DNA from: Blasia pusilla
Taxonomy: Eukaryota
Reading direction: 5' to 3'
DNA length: 64,000 bases
NCBI GenBank assembly: GCA_050084515.1
Contig: CM114271.1
Span: 49,352,001-49,416,000, forward strand
The stretch's first letter is position 1, and the number at the start of each line of letters is the position of its first letter. The notes under the pieces were generated by a model. That model made no database searches. It was not told the DNA's origin and saw nothing but the letters and a program-made list of their open reading frames with translations. Shown here piece after piece: positions 41,101 through 54,266 of this stretch. The translations under genes were made by a program, and so were the position numbers.

Positions 41101-44100
41101 AAAGCCCGATGTCTTGTCAAGCCAATTTTAAGTCCTCCAAGAGTAAGAACGACGTTCTGCGAGGAAGTTTTAATCTCCCAGCTTGCCTTTCTCCAACGAC
41201 TCAGCATGTCAGTGTCACTACCAACTTTACCACCCATGTGTGCCACCACAATCCATGCGATTTTCCCTGACAGCTCAGTTTTTGATGTGCCTGTCTCTCC
41301 ATGATCATGCTTTGCAAGCAGCTTTACGACCCTCTCTTCAAGATCTACCAGAGCAGGATCTATAGTCCTGTCAACCACGACAGCCTCGATTTTTGAGGTC
41401 TCAGAAAAAGCCATCCTCTGTAAATCGGACAATAGTGGCATCCTCTCAGACAAATGAGACTCGCTGATGACTCCATAGACATCATAAAATCCATTTGGAA
41501 CAACATCTTCATAATCCACCACGTTGCATGCCTGCATCAAATAAGAACTCAGCATGAGTAAGTTGGCAAAGGCCAGACCCATCAATGCTAGGCCAGACCT
41601 TAACAAATTTGACAACACAATCATCTGATGGCCAGAAACTTTTCCCACCCAAAAACTATGGAAAATCCTATAAGGACACCATAAACCTCCCAGGGTCCAT
41701 TGACAAAGCAATGGTCCACATGTTTGTGCTAGTTTTCTTAATTCTATGGTAGATGCCATGTCGACAGCAATACCAATATCAAGATGGAGCTGGAGGAGGC
41801 TAGCCAGCAAATTAGGTCTTCATGGGTAGCACAGTCCCTTGATAATGTTGGCGCTGGTATCCTCAGGATTTCATCATTTTGTTTTGTTCCAGTAAGAGAT
41901 GCAATTGTCCAGCAAAACTGCCAGCAGCAGTCTGTTGTTTTGGTGCGCCAAATTTCCGTCACTTGCACACTCAACCACCAAATCCATGCAGGAGTGTAAT
42001 GATCTCCAGAAACAGGAAGCTTGGATTCTGTGTGCAGGAGAAAATCGAGCCAAGTCAGGGAATAAAATACCACTACCAGAGCTCACATATGAAGAGAATC
42101 CAGCTGAACGCCAGGGATTTGCTCTAGGAAAAGGGACTTGGCTGAGGTCATCGTATCCCTCTTCCAAACTCGTGTGTTGGAGGAGACCCTTGTGTTCATT
42201 TGTGAGAAACTAGCTACTGTTATCATATCCTGAACTAACAAGCTCAGCCCATGCAGCTCACAAGAAATTTCTACTAGTCCAGTTCACTCATAGTGGTAAA
42301 TAAGTGTATAAATCTAGGATAGGCAACAGCAGTTCGTCCTCTGGCACTATCACTCATGACATGACTGACCAAGGCAAACACCCATACCTGTATATCAGGA
42401 ACACACTTCCAGGTAACCTAAATTGTCCAACTCTGTCTTCTCAGAAAATGTACAATTATAGATCTTCCACTTGGAAAGAACATTCCTGCTAGTACTAACA
42501 TATTGATTATGGTGGAGCTTAGTTGACAATTGAATGTTTAGCCATTGGAAAGATTTTGTTGCATTGCCACAGCATTGGACAGAAGATAAGGATAGAGCTG
42601 TAGAATCGGATCTTAAACAAAACTCAGAGCTGCTCCTTCCTCATCCCAGCAAACCTAGAAAATTCTGTGAAACCTTCGCAGTTGCAATGTCTAGGCTTAA
42701 CATACTCCTGTTAAGCTCTGCCAGCTACATTTGATCGTATCTATGACTATCTGAGGTCAAGTGGAACTGTCAACATCAATTGCACGAGCTTCCTAGCTTT
42801 TCTCTAAGCCAGTAGGAGCATCCTTACATAACCATGAACATAACTACAAAATCTAGAATTCACAGCTGCTTTTGATCGCAGAAGCACCTCTAAAGTCTAA
42901 TTGTGGGAAAATTTGTATCTTCCAAATACATAAAACAATGCATCTCGAATGAAAGCTGTTTTCCACAGTCAAGTTGTGATTGTCTAAGATGGATTTTTTA
43001 GATGTTGGAAATTGCAGTTCATTTTCACCATTGATCAATATGGAGATGTGTCAAAGATGGCTCTCATATTTTACAACGGGAATAAGATAGATTCCATTTC
43101 TATTCAACGACTGTAACTAGACAAAGATAACTATAACTTATCTGCAATCTCCCAGCTGCCACACACCATTAATGTAAGACGCTTCCCACCAGTTGGACGA
43201 TTGTTTCTATTTCGTACATGTGTATAAGATACTGTACCTTCCTTCTCAGTTCCTTGTACAGAAACTCAAACATGTAGAATAGGGAAACTCTTTTGGACCA
43301 TCACAAGATCTGAGTCTCACATGATTGCAGACAATTGTTTCTCAGTTGTCTTCTACACTCCAGCCCGCTTTGTATTACCACTCCCTAATTAACTGAACAC
43401 CCACAGGCCCATCTTCAACCGTCTGTACAGATCCCTCAATGTCAAGAATGCTAAGCGGAATGGACCCCTAAAACCTCTACTTTCGATGGTGTGCCCAACT
43501 TTAAAGTCTGCTCAACTGTGATAGGGTTCTGCGAGGCATCCATGGTAGGACAGCTGTTCTTCTCAATTGAAGGTCAAGTCCTTTGCCATCCTGTTTCCGA
43601 GGTGAAAGTTCACTAATTTGATTGACATTCACTGTTTTGTAATTCCTGGGCCCTTGCCATTCCTTACAGACCTCCTATCCAGCTTAAAATCGTGCCTTTC
43701 TCAGAGACAGAAGAGCTTATTGTGTCTCACACTATCGAGCGTGAAGCAGAAATTTCCAAAACAATCAAACTACACTCGAGAAAACGCGTCTACGACTATC
43801 TCAGGGCAATCTCTTCCTTGATCCGACACAAAGACACCACATGCAATTCGTGAAGCAAGAGACCTACCCAATATCGGTATGAAACGATGTCGGATTGAGA
43901 ATTGCCCAGGGAAGGACTCAGCCCAAGACTGATCCTCTTCGCTACTTCGATTTGCGCCTTCTCCGCTTCATTAACAGCGCTGGCACTCGCGTAGCTATTC
44001 GAGACACTTAAGGCCATAGCCATCTGAACCTGATACTCCTCTTCGGACTGAAGAACCTGAAGTGACTGTATATCAACCTGATTCTCACCTCCAGTTGATG

Positions 44101-44524
44101 GGGTCCGTCTTTTGACATACTTAGAAGATGGTATCGACTCCAACTCCCTCGCCGACTCCCCGCTACTTGCACCGGAAGTCTCAAGTCTTTGTCTGGACTG
44201 CCCTCCAATTGTGACCTGGTTACTGTTGTTGTTGTTGTTATTGTTGTTGTTAGAAGAGGCTTGTCCAACCCTTCCAACAGCACTACCAACAGCACTCAAA
44301 AATGTCGAGAAACGATCAGGTTTGGTCTCCGCAGTAGCAACGACGGTACTGACTGAGGAGGGGCTTGAAGAAGCAGGAGCAGTTGGTGCTCCCGGCAAAG
44401 ATCCTCGAAGTCCTGAGCTTGTCGCACCAGAACCTTCGTAAGATCTTCCTTCAATGATTCGCCCAGCGTCCACTTGATCGTCATGATTTCCCCCGATATG
44501 AAGTTTCCGTAGGAGATTCTTCAT
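35144..44524 (-). CDS. EDR1/CTR1-family (B3) Raf-like MAP kinase kinase kinase, EDR1/SIS8-type, 1188 aa
   Basis: 13 GT-AG exons (minus): 44524-43868, 41531-41091, 40489-40383, 39612-38114, 37664-37624, 37414-37346, 37201-37101, 36935-36857, 36672-36574, 36385-36317, 35943-35894, 35694-35518 and 35321-35144 (3567 nt, in frame). N-terminus [14 protein letters not shown]1 domain [49 protein letters not shown]. Kinase [44 protein letters not shown]. Confidence 0.97.
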
Positions 44525-46317
44525 AGCATAGGCCCTAGAGATTGTAGACAAGAACGTGTTGAGGGAAGGGAGACTCAGGGGCAAACAAGTGCAGTTTAGA
44601 TCATCTTCTTAAGGACACTCTTCACCACCCCGCTTCTCCCCTCCCAACCGAGCCCAAAAACCCATCTCTTCGTCCGACACCAGGGCCCTTCAAGCAAGGA
44701 TGGGGGAGAGATAAAATACGGGGAAGTCGCCGAGAAAGGTAAAAAAGAAGACCACAATCAATTCAGAAAGTCGTTCTCATCTAAATGTCAAATTTTGATT
44801 CGCTAACAACGCACTTGCATCCCACATTTTTTCCCTTCAGTCGGCAAATATAATTAGTACTCTCACATTACTACATCAAGAAAATAATCTAGCAGCCACA
44901 GGTATTGCATTCCTGATGAGTACCAGGCAATCCGAGGGGATCATGGACACAACAGAGCAACCAGAGCGCGCAGCTGGGGACTAGTCCTCAACAGATATCA
45001 TCCAGTTCGTACCCCAGCCATATCACTCGGCTGGACATCATCCCACAGCATCGGCTGCCACACCTCCCAACCGACATTTTTCTTCTCATATATCTCGCAA
45101 TGTTTAAACCTGCTACCTGACCCTGGCTTCACCCCGCACCAAGATCATAGGTCAAACCCAACCGGGCATCGTCACGCCTCCACACACTCAAACCCAACCT
45201 AGTCTTCATTCACACTACGCCATACGGAATCATGAACACCCCACTCCCCCGTTATCGCAGTCTCAGGGTAACAGATTTACATTTCAGGCACTAAGTCCAT
45301 CTTCAGGTCTCTCCCTCGGCGGATCTTCACCCAGATCAGCACTCCTCCTCTCTCTTCACTTCCCTACCCTCAGAACCGTCTCCGCAGCGAAGAGATGAAC
45401 CACAGCACCACCACCATGAATCCGAAATCCAGGCAGCCCTGATTCCAACTCCCACGCGCACGCTGAGAGCCGAACAGGCAGTGAGTTGCACGGAGCGCCT
45501 ACAAAGATGTCAGGGAAGGCTGGACACCCGAAAAGGCGGCTAAACAAACTGTGGAACCACTGTCAAAGACGGGAGGAAAGAGGAAACTGCAAGGTGACGG
45601 AGTTCTAGTCCTTTTGCGGTGATTCGCACAGCGATGCAGGAACGGGAACGGGAAACGGGGAAAAAGTCCAAGACCCTCCGGGACGCTCAGTTTCTCTACC
45701 ACAATGTAAAAGCAACAAAGATTTGCCACAACTCAACTTACATTCGCTTGACCTTGAAGGAAAAAGAACTGTGTCTCAAGCCTAAAGGCCGACACCGCGC
45801 ACAAAAAACGGCTCATCCGGGTCCACGCGGCAGTACGACCAGAGCAAACAAATGCACCCCACGGTGCTGGGCCGGACCAAGCAATTGTACTCCGCCACGT
45901 TGACAAAAGCCTCCTGCTTCAAGCCCGACATCGGCAACATCGGGCCAGCCAGACTAGCAAGACTTACTAAACTGCCATTCCTGGCATTGTCGCGTGCTCC
46001 TACCCCTCCATGTACACCAATATGGCTGTCTGCCTCGGCCCAGCCGGGATCCCGCCGAACCTAATGGCAATCAATTATTTCCCCGGGCCTCCAAAATCGC
46101 ATGCGCGCCTCAACCGTCCTTCGGACCGGGCCGGTCACCCTTGAGTTGAACATCTCTCAATATGGTGGACCAAAATTACCCGTACAAGAAGTGGACTCGA
46201 AGTGGAGATTGCAAGTTCTCTACCTAGGATTTCTTAACGGTCGGATGTTAACCTTAGTGTTAGTATTAATTTTTTAGTTTTAATTTTTGTTAGAATTATT
46301 TAATCTGATCCGTCTCT

Positions 46318-46470
46318 AGATTCGTGTTCTCCCAACAAAGATTAAAGACTTCGTCGTGTTCTATTCCGATTCGTGTTCTCCGAACCATGCCAAGTTAAAG
46401 ATTTCGCCGTGTTCTATTTCGATTCGTGCCAAGTTAAAGATTTCTCCGTGTTCTGATTCCGATTCCTGTT
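46318..46470. repeat. Imperfect ~40-55 bp tandem repeat (3 copies) upstream of the kinase gene
   Basis: TTAAAGA(C/T)TTC..CGTGTTCT.ATT(C/T)CGATTC occurs three times. Confidence 0.8.
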
Positions 46471-47031
46471 ACTCCTGACTATTTAGTGTACTCGTATTTC
46501 CGAACTCTGTTATGAAACTCAAAACCCTGAAAAGGGGCCGCATATTGGTTTTAGACCTTCTACCTATATTATTAAGGGTTGGGTCCCATGGATTGCCTAC
46601 TTAGGGTGGTTGTTGCCTCAATGTATTGAGATAAAATCATTTTCCAATGGATAATTGAAAATATCCCAAAAGACAATGTTATTATGTGACTATCCAAGAT
46701 TGTCTCAACAACTTCTACACCCAAACATTTTGACCATATAGCAATCAATACCCCCTTGGTCGCAAGGATTCTACGATTTCAGGTGTCTCTGGGATCCAAA
46801 TCTTGCCCAATTCACATCGGGACGATATGCCTGTGCTTGGAGGCATGTCGTCCGAATACGCCAACTCCGTTCTAGCTCCGCACAAGCCAGACCGGAATGG
46901 AGCTGTAGTCCGACCATAATGGAGCCCTCAAACAGAGTGCTCCGTTTCCTACTCTTTCCTCCGTTTTGACATTATAAAAAGGGCAACGTAAAATCTTAGG
47001 ATGAACGGGCACTCCTTTCTCTCTTTCCCCC

Positions 47032-47093
47032 TTTTTGACAATCCAAGTATTCTAGAGAGCTCTTTTTGACAATCCAAGTATTCTAAAGAGCTC
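47032..47093. repeat. 31-bp tandem duplication
   Basis: TTTTTGACAATCCAAGTATTCTA(G/A)AGAGCTC occurs twice. Confidence 0.9.
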
Positions 47094-47559
47094 TTGTGCC
47101 CTTTTTTTGAAGGTGAGTTACATAAAATAGTTGTGAGAGTGTGTTAGACTAAGATAGTCATATCTTTATCGTCGCAAATCGCCACGCTTTATTATTAGAG
47201 TCAAAATTACCATTATTATAAAATCTTGAAACCTATTTTCCTATTTTTTGGATATGTGTATTTAATATACATTAAAATCTCTTTATTTCTGCGTAGAGTC
47301 ATTTGCACCATTCAATGAGGATTTGGCTTATGTTAAATTGTTTATCTGTGCTCTAGGTACAAGACATATCTGCATGCATGGAGAGGACTACCAACGTTTC
47401 AACAAACACTGTAGTACCTAACTCACAAAGAGCTATGACCTCAACCAAGACCAAGAAAAAAAAAATTAGGTATGGTTTTTTATATGATTCTAATCCTTCA
47501 TGTTGCCTCATATGCATTGTTTGAGGGTTTTTTATCAGATTATGCTTATCATGAGGAAT

Positions 47560-48437
47560 TTTGTTATCCTTATTTAAGGTACTTCCTCTCTTAGAAAACC
47601 AAAAGTATAATGGAGTAAAGAGAATGAGAAAATATTTCTTGATTTGTATGAAGAATGTTACTTCCATCATTATAATCAAAGCAATGTGAGCCAAGATCAA
47701 TGGCGATTGCTTGAGATACACACGAATGAAAGATGTCAAGTGACCATACCATATGAGCCAACAAAATTTAGAAACAAATTAGATGGCTTAGTAAGAGTAA
47801 AAAAATGAAACAAGATCAAATGGGTGCTGAACCTAGTGAATGGGAATATTATGCTCACATACATAGGTTTAAAGGTTCTTCACCAAAGGAATCAAGAATA
47901 TCACGTACATTTGATGTTGATACTAACATCCAAAAATCTGTTGGTGTGGACGATTTTGTTGATTTGAGTGAAGAAGATCTCATTCATACTGAATCTCAAC
48001 CGTCATTTATTCACATTCTATCCAATGAGAGTGCAAAATTTGTGGATCAATTAAGCGATCCACCTATTCATTCATCCATCCATAGATATATCATTATATG
48101 AACCAATAGATATATCTTGAATCCACACATCCCATATGAGTTCAAGTGAATCTCTACCTAGAAAAAAGTCCAAGAAGCAAAGCATGTTCCTAATCGGATA
48201 TTGCACGAAAACCAAAAAAAAAAGTCGAGAGATGCAAGCGACACTATTACACAATCAATGAATGCCTTCATTCAAGTTTTGAAGGAGACAAGTGAGAATA
48301 AAGCACAAAAAGAAGATAAAAAATTGGAGCTCATATCTCAAATATGTTCGAACTTCACTATATGGAGCTTCAATTGGACAGAGAAAAGCAAGGACAATCA
48401 TCAACAACATCCACTTCTGAAAAATAAGTATGTATGA
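47560..48437 (+). pseudogene. Decayed Myb/SANT(trihelix)-like ORF of a PIF/Harbinger transposon
   Basis: W...KFRNKLDGL..KKMKQDQMGAEPSEWEYY pattern followed by an acidic/low-complexity tail. It is convergent with the Harbinger transposase, the usual two-gene layout. Confidence 0.55.
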
Positions 48438-48443
48438 TCTACC

Positions 48444-51250
48444 TCAAGCTCTATCATTGCTCAAGTAAGCATATGTGTTACAAAACTCTTTAAGCAATGT
48501 TTGTCGCACTAGTTCATCTAAGATTATTCTTCTCCTCTCAATTGTACTTATAGGTTGTGGTTGGATAATTCCACCATTCATCTTGTCATCCAGTAGATTG
48601 ATGTCATGTTGTAAGGATTCTCCATGTAGGATAACAAAGTTATTTAGGACTCCACATGCAAGTATTACTTTAGAAACCATTTCTACAAACATTGGACAAT
48701 CACATAGAATTGTCCATCTTCATTTGAAATGACCAAAAGTATTTTCTATTTTGTCACTTTTGCCTTTAATATATGTCTATCAAATATATTTTCCAATGGA
48801 TTGCCTTGATGTAGTTGTCGATAGAAACACTTCAATAGCCATGGTCGTAGGGGATAGGCGGTATCCCAAAGTTTTATGGGCGGAATGACTTGAACTTACC
48901 TCTCTATGATCAAGATGCAATGTGATTTCTGGTTGAGAAAGGAAAAGTTTATCTTCAATGCATTGAACCACTATGGATTGCCTTAAATGTGCAACATCAT
49001 TAGTGGATCCAAGATTTAGTACAACATAAGTCCCAAAACTTCAAATCGACATCACATAAACCTTGGAGAAGCACCAAATAATCAAAGTGATGATTCTTAT
49101 AATGCTTTGGGAAATATTTCATAACACGTTTGAATTTAAGTTTTATATGAGATCCATCAATAGCTCCTATGATTTGTGAAATGTGATAACCCACTCTTTT
49201 CAACATTTTGTAGTTGGGATGTTTTTTTATACATAAATAGGTAAAAGTCTTTATGAAGGAAGGTTGAAGATTGAAGATTTCGTAGAAGATTGTAAATATG
49301 AATAGAGGAAGAGAAATAGTTGGAAGAGTACTTGATAAGGCTAGTAAATGAAACTCCATTCAGAAGATAAAGAGATTAGAAGATCAGGGAATTCTCTTAG
49401 AGGAGTGAGAACTATTGTAAGCGGAGGAAAGGAGAAGGGACAAGAAAGAAGTAAGAATAAGAGTCGCGGGTGCTTCGTAGCAAAGATTGCAAAGGAAACC
49501 GCAAGAAGGAAAGAGGGTGGAAGACTATGACCAAAGAACAAAGAATGAAGACCAAAGAGCGAAGACTAAGAAATCCAAGAAGTAAGAGAAAGAAGAAGAG
49601 GAAATCAAAGAGTCTTTACAAAGCGGAAAAGATGCATAAAAAGTATGAATATGAAAGAAAGAAGGGTCACGAGGAGGACTTCTTTCGAGGTGGCAACAAA
49701 AGAAGTATAGTCTTTGGGAAGATAGGATAAGAGTCTTTGCAAAGATAGGATAAGAGTCTTTGAGAAGACATGATGGAAGTTCTTTGCGCCGAGCAAGGAT
49801 TGTAAATAATGGATCTTCGCAACAATTTTGGAAGGTAGAAATGGAGGGGCGCCATGGTTCCGTTGGAAGAGGAAGAGACACCAACCGACTTAAGGGAAGT
49901 GAAGGGTTGGAGGATCTGAAGCACGGGGTTAACAGTTAGAAATCTAGATAAGAATAGAAAGAGCCACGAATTGTACAAAGACTATTTAAAGAATAAAGCA
50001 GAAGAGCGAGGGATCATTCCCTCGTGTCTTGATTTCCTGGTACTCTAGTGGATTGTGTGAAGAAGCTCTTGAGGAATGATCCGAGCCAAAGAGTCTAGTG
50101 CACTCTAAAGCTTGTACTACATTCTTGTTTCCTCCACTCTTTGATGTAGTAGAAGTGTTCTTATTCATTCTTGCTGATGCGCGGAAGCAATTGTCAATCT
50201 TATTGGGCTACCGTGAGGAGGAGTATATAGTCTTTGATTTCATATTTTCAGAAGAATAATTGGGAAAAGCGTATGAAAGCTGTTAGAAAGTATGTAACCT
50301 GCAGATTAAGTTATAAAAGTAGGATAAGCCGCAACCGTCTTGAGGTCTCTTTGAGCTCCTTGTTTTAACTTTGGTATCCAAGATTTGTAGGATTCTTCCC
50401 CTACACTTGAGAAGAGTTGTGCTTGGAGGGAAGAAAACCATTTAATCTTTTGTACCAGTGAAGACAATGTCGTTGCAGTTAGTGAAGAAGAAATTCCTTA
50501 TAATTCTTATAAAACCTCTCTTTACACAAGAAACAATGATCTCTTGGGAACGAACTTAATACTTTGCGATTAAAAGAGTACATTTTCCTTGAGTTGTACG
50601 TTACATGAAACTCCACAAATACGCTTATGTTTGTGTATTTGTTCAATCATTTCATCAATTGATGGCCATCTAACATATTTGACGTACAATTTATGTCTAC
50701 TTGTTAGAATGTCAATGATGATGGATGTGCATTTGACAATTTTTTATTGTCCAATCTCGTATAAGTCACTTAAGATTTGAATGGTGGATTGTGGGAAAAT
50801 TGGTGGATAATCATCGCAATACACTTTGATGTATCAACTCTTTTACTTGCTTTCTCCCACGTTGGCATAAGTGGCATGAATGGTTCAATCTACTAGTTTC
50901 TGGAAATTTTCAAAAGATACTCTATATCGACTTCTCATGTGAGTGTAAAGAAAATCGTCATTATAAGTCCAAACCTCTTTATGAATGATCTCCTACCAAG
51001 TGGATTGTCTTGGTATTACCCAAAATTCTCTTCCTCCATTTGATTGACTTCGATGCGACTCTTCGATCATGAAATAGAACCTGAATAACCTTTGAATCTT
51101 AACTTCATCATCTTCCGTGGTCCCCATCATAAAAGTAACAAGCTCGATTTCACTAAACATTCCACCTTCAAGAAACCATGCACAAGACAAGTCATAAACA
51201 TCCATAATGATAACTAAAATAGTCTTAATGAAAATCTCCTTCTTTACCAC
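48444..51250 (-). mobile_element. PIF/Harbinger DDE transposase pseudogene, interrupted by a solo LTR
   Basis: REFWVIPRQSTW, KYVRWPS, then (after removing the insertion) CGVSQIIGAIDGSHI, YKNHHFDY.VLLQGLCDVDLKFWD and VILACGVLNNF. These are HARBI1/DDE_Tnp_4-type motifs. Confidence 0.88.
49182..50605. mobile_element. Solo LTR (1424 bp) with 5-bp TSD
   Basis: Runs TGTGAT...GTTACA and is flanked by TGAAA at 49177-49181 and 50606-50610. Excision restores the transposase frame. Confidence 0.9.
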
Positions 51251-51699
51251 CTACTAGAATATGTATGTCCTCCTTGTTGTTCCAAATAAAACTAGTAAAA
51301 AAAATTAAACACCACAACATATGGTAATACGATATAAAATATTGTGTTCTATATGTGAAGTGCTCTATGTATGAAATGCTCTATGCTTTGTGTATGTGAA
51401 AAGCTCTCTCTGTGTACCCTATCTCTTCAACCCGTGAAATACCTACCTTTCTTGAAATTTTTGAAAAATAATACTAAAAGAAGAAGTTGAACAAAGGCAA
51501 ACGGAACCAGACACGTTTTGGAGGCTCTGTTTCCAGGGTTCCCCAATCATTCATATTGTCGGAGGAAATACACACACTATCAATGATGCTTAGATGACCA
51601 ATAGTACCCACGTAAAGGATGAGTATGTTGACATCAAAAGGAGTTGGAGAGGAAACTCCTATTCTAGCTAAAGTGGAGCTAATGTGAAGAATGAATTTT

Positions 51700-52475
51700 G
51701 TGAGGATGGCCAAAGCGTTGTGTTAGGCTCCATTTTTTACACCATGGATTTTGCGATAGTAAGAGTTGGACTAGAAGAGGTGTTTCATTTGACTCTTATG
51801 CTATAGGAGCGTGAAGAGGTTATTACCTCTCGTACGGAGGCAATAGTTGAGGAGATAGTTTAGGGTTCCCTAAGAGCAAGTGCTGGAGATGTCGCCCACT
51901 TATTCATAATAGGTTCCAGTTGCTAGGTTAGTAGATATGCCAACTAGACCCGTGATGGAGTGAGCTATGGTGATACCAGATGTAGTGTTGTTGCCACTTG
52001 TTGGACAACCAAACCCGAGTGTTCCCCTTAGTTAGCCTGACACGTATTATGTACCATCCGCATCGCCTTCTACTTGATTTAAGAATGCAGCCCTTGATGT
52101 TAGGGAAGACAATGTATTTAGCATTGAGTTAAGGACATGAGACATTGAGCCATGTCCCTTCCATAAAGAGACCTTTATTAGGGCTATGTCACCTAAGTAG
52201 TTTATGACTTGACAAGAGCTAGTTATTAGAGTCCAACTAGAGCATGCTACAAATAGTGTTATGGTGCATAATCACAATATCCATAGAGTCATATGATGTC
52301 TTGGTGGGGAGTACGGTTTTATGTCCCCTTAGGTTTATCATTGATTTTGGGAGGAGAAGGTGTCCTATAGGCAAGGGTAGAAATCATGTGATGATCAAAT
52401 GAGCAAATTACCTATGCGGGTTGCAAGGCATAGTAGTTGCCATGGTCCATGAGGAGACATAGTGACCACCTTGAT
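51700..52475 (+). mobile_element. Ty3/gypsy protease fragment (copy 4 of the same lineage)
   Basis: LLLDLRMQPLMLGK, DIEPCPF and ESYDVLVGSTVLCP..IIDFWEEKVSYRQG across frameshifts. Confidence 0.8.
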
Positions 52476-53869
52476 CTATGTTTTCTCTCTCTCTGTGAAA
52501 TAGTAAATTTCTCTATATGGCTCCAGATGAGCCGAAACGAAGGGAAAATTTGCTCTCTCAATTTACCCGTGGCTTCAGCAAGTCATCTTCAACCTCTCGA
52601 GGTTGTCATCCATTAAATGCGAAGGCTCTTTACTAGATCTCGTCAATCTATCCTAAAATACTTGACAAATCCTCTATCTACATTCTCACAAAAAGTCTGA
52701 TATCTCTTCTAGTAGGATGATAAAGAAATAGAGAAGTTGATTAAATCCCTACAAATGAGCTACAAGCATGCTAAGTTTGGATGCTCTAGGATGATCCCTT
52801 GAACGACGATCTCTGTCTCAAAGTATCTCGCTTTATGAGTCATATGAACCTTTTGCATCTCAAAAATAAGAATGCCTCACCTCCTGATGCCATAGCTTCA
52901 ACCCGTTCTTGAAGAAGTAGATCCCCATCATCTAGTACAACTATTGTGACGTCGGCGCCACGATCTTGCCAAACCATATTGAAATCAGAGAACTTGAGCA
53001 TCCCTCCTCCTACTTTCTTTTTCTCTTATGGGAGGAAAGCCTATCGAATCGAACAGATCTAATTTCATGTTCCTTTGTCCTCATAAAGGAATACATCGCT
53101 GAATTCCTTTGGAGGACAAAGGAATTCACTATGTTCCCAAGTTTGATCCGCCCATGAGCTCAACTTCCACTTCCACCTCACTCCTCTAATTCACTCTTCC
53201 AAGTTGTCCAATGTACTGCCCTTGCCTTCAGAAAGAGAAAGAGAGAAAGATAGATTTTTGTCATCCACGTGAATCCTCATCGGAATCACAAGAAGGAAAT
53301 TCATGTTTTTAACCTAGGATATTTACAACTACATGATGTGGTATTAGTATTATATTGTTTATTAAATTTATTCGGATAATTATTAATCTTATGATTTCCA
53401 AAACGATGACATGTTATATATAGATACTAACTTTAGTTGATAAAACTAAATATATTTACAACTAGTTTTAATATAGATACTAAATAATATAAATGTGTAA
53501 ATTTTGGAATGATCATAAATTACTTTGAAAAAGCTATTTTTTTATATCAATGACATTGAATTTATAATACTAGATCTTGTACTAATAGAAGTCTAGTACC
53601 AAATAATATTACATGACATAGCCAAACACGATTGGCCAACAAATAAGAATGTATTTATGTTCGCAAGAGTTTTTTTTTATTTTCGAGAAGAAGATTTGAA
53701 ATATGTGACCTCTCCCACATGAATGCTTTGCCTTTCCCAAAGCCCTAGTCCTTCATACTAATAGGAAATCAGAGTTTGAAGAAGGGCCCAATATTGTGGA
53801 AGGAGCTAGAAGTTGCATCAATGATTTCATAATCCTCTTATTCATTCTCGACCACGTAGCTCCTTCCAC

Positions 53870-53873
<4 letters not shown>

Positions 53874-53919
<46 letters not shown>
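53874..53919. repeat. (CT)n microsatellite
   Basis: Perfect dinucleotide run. Confidence 0.99.
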
Positions 53920-53922
<3 letters not shown>

Positions 53923-54191
53923 ATCATTCGTCTTCTCTAAAATCAGATATTGGCACTCGCGCAGGCACTTGCGGCTTCTTCTAGTACGCTTTAGTAATTT
54001 GATGTTTGAAGGAATGCGCATATAGGCTATGGTCTTGGGAAGAAATTTTGGTACAATTCTAATATTCATATAAGCTCATTCAAGTAGGTCCAATTGATGG
54101 TTGGGAACGAGATTCACTTTCTGTAGTCAATGTGGGTAGTCATAAGAATTATTGCAATGACGGTTGCATTCTCAAGAATTCTCGCGAGATG

Positions 54192-54193
<2 letters not shown>

Positions 54194-54262
<69 letters not shown>
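54194..54262. repeat. (CT)n microsatellite abutting the LINE 5' break
   Basis: Perfect dinucleotide run. Confidence 0.99.

Positions 54263-54266
<4 letters not shown>

Noticed and set aside
38040-44584. ORF-track starts of the 599-, 246- and 262-aa ORFs
   Set aside because: They are exons of the single kinase gene; their extensions are intronic or 5' UTR.
44910-44945. CTGATGAG as a hammerhead ribozyme core (also at 8345 and 16709)
   Set aside because: No stem II or GAAA follows.
46318-46470. CRISPR-like repeat/spacer appearance
   Set aside because: Eukaryotic context, degenerate repeats, spacers related to each other and no cas genes.
46860-51720. TIRs of the Harbinger element
   Set aside because: Only weak subterminal inverted similarity (~46920-46950 vs ~51500-51530); no clear termini or TWA TSD.
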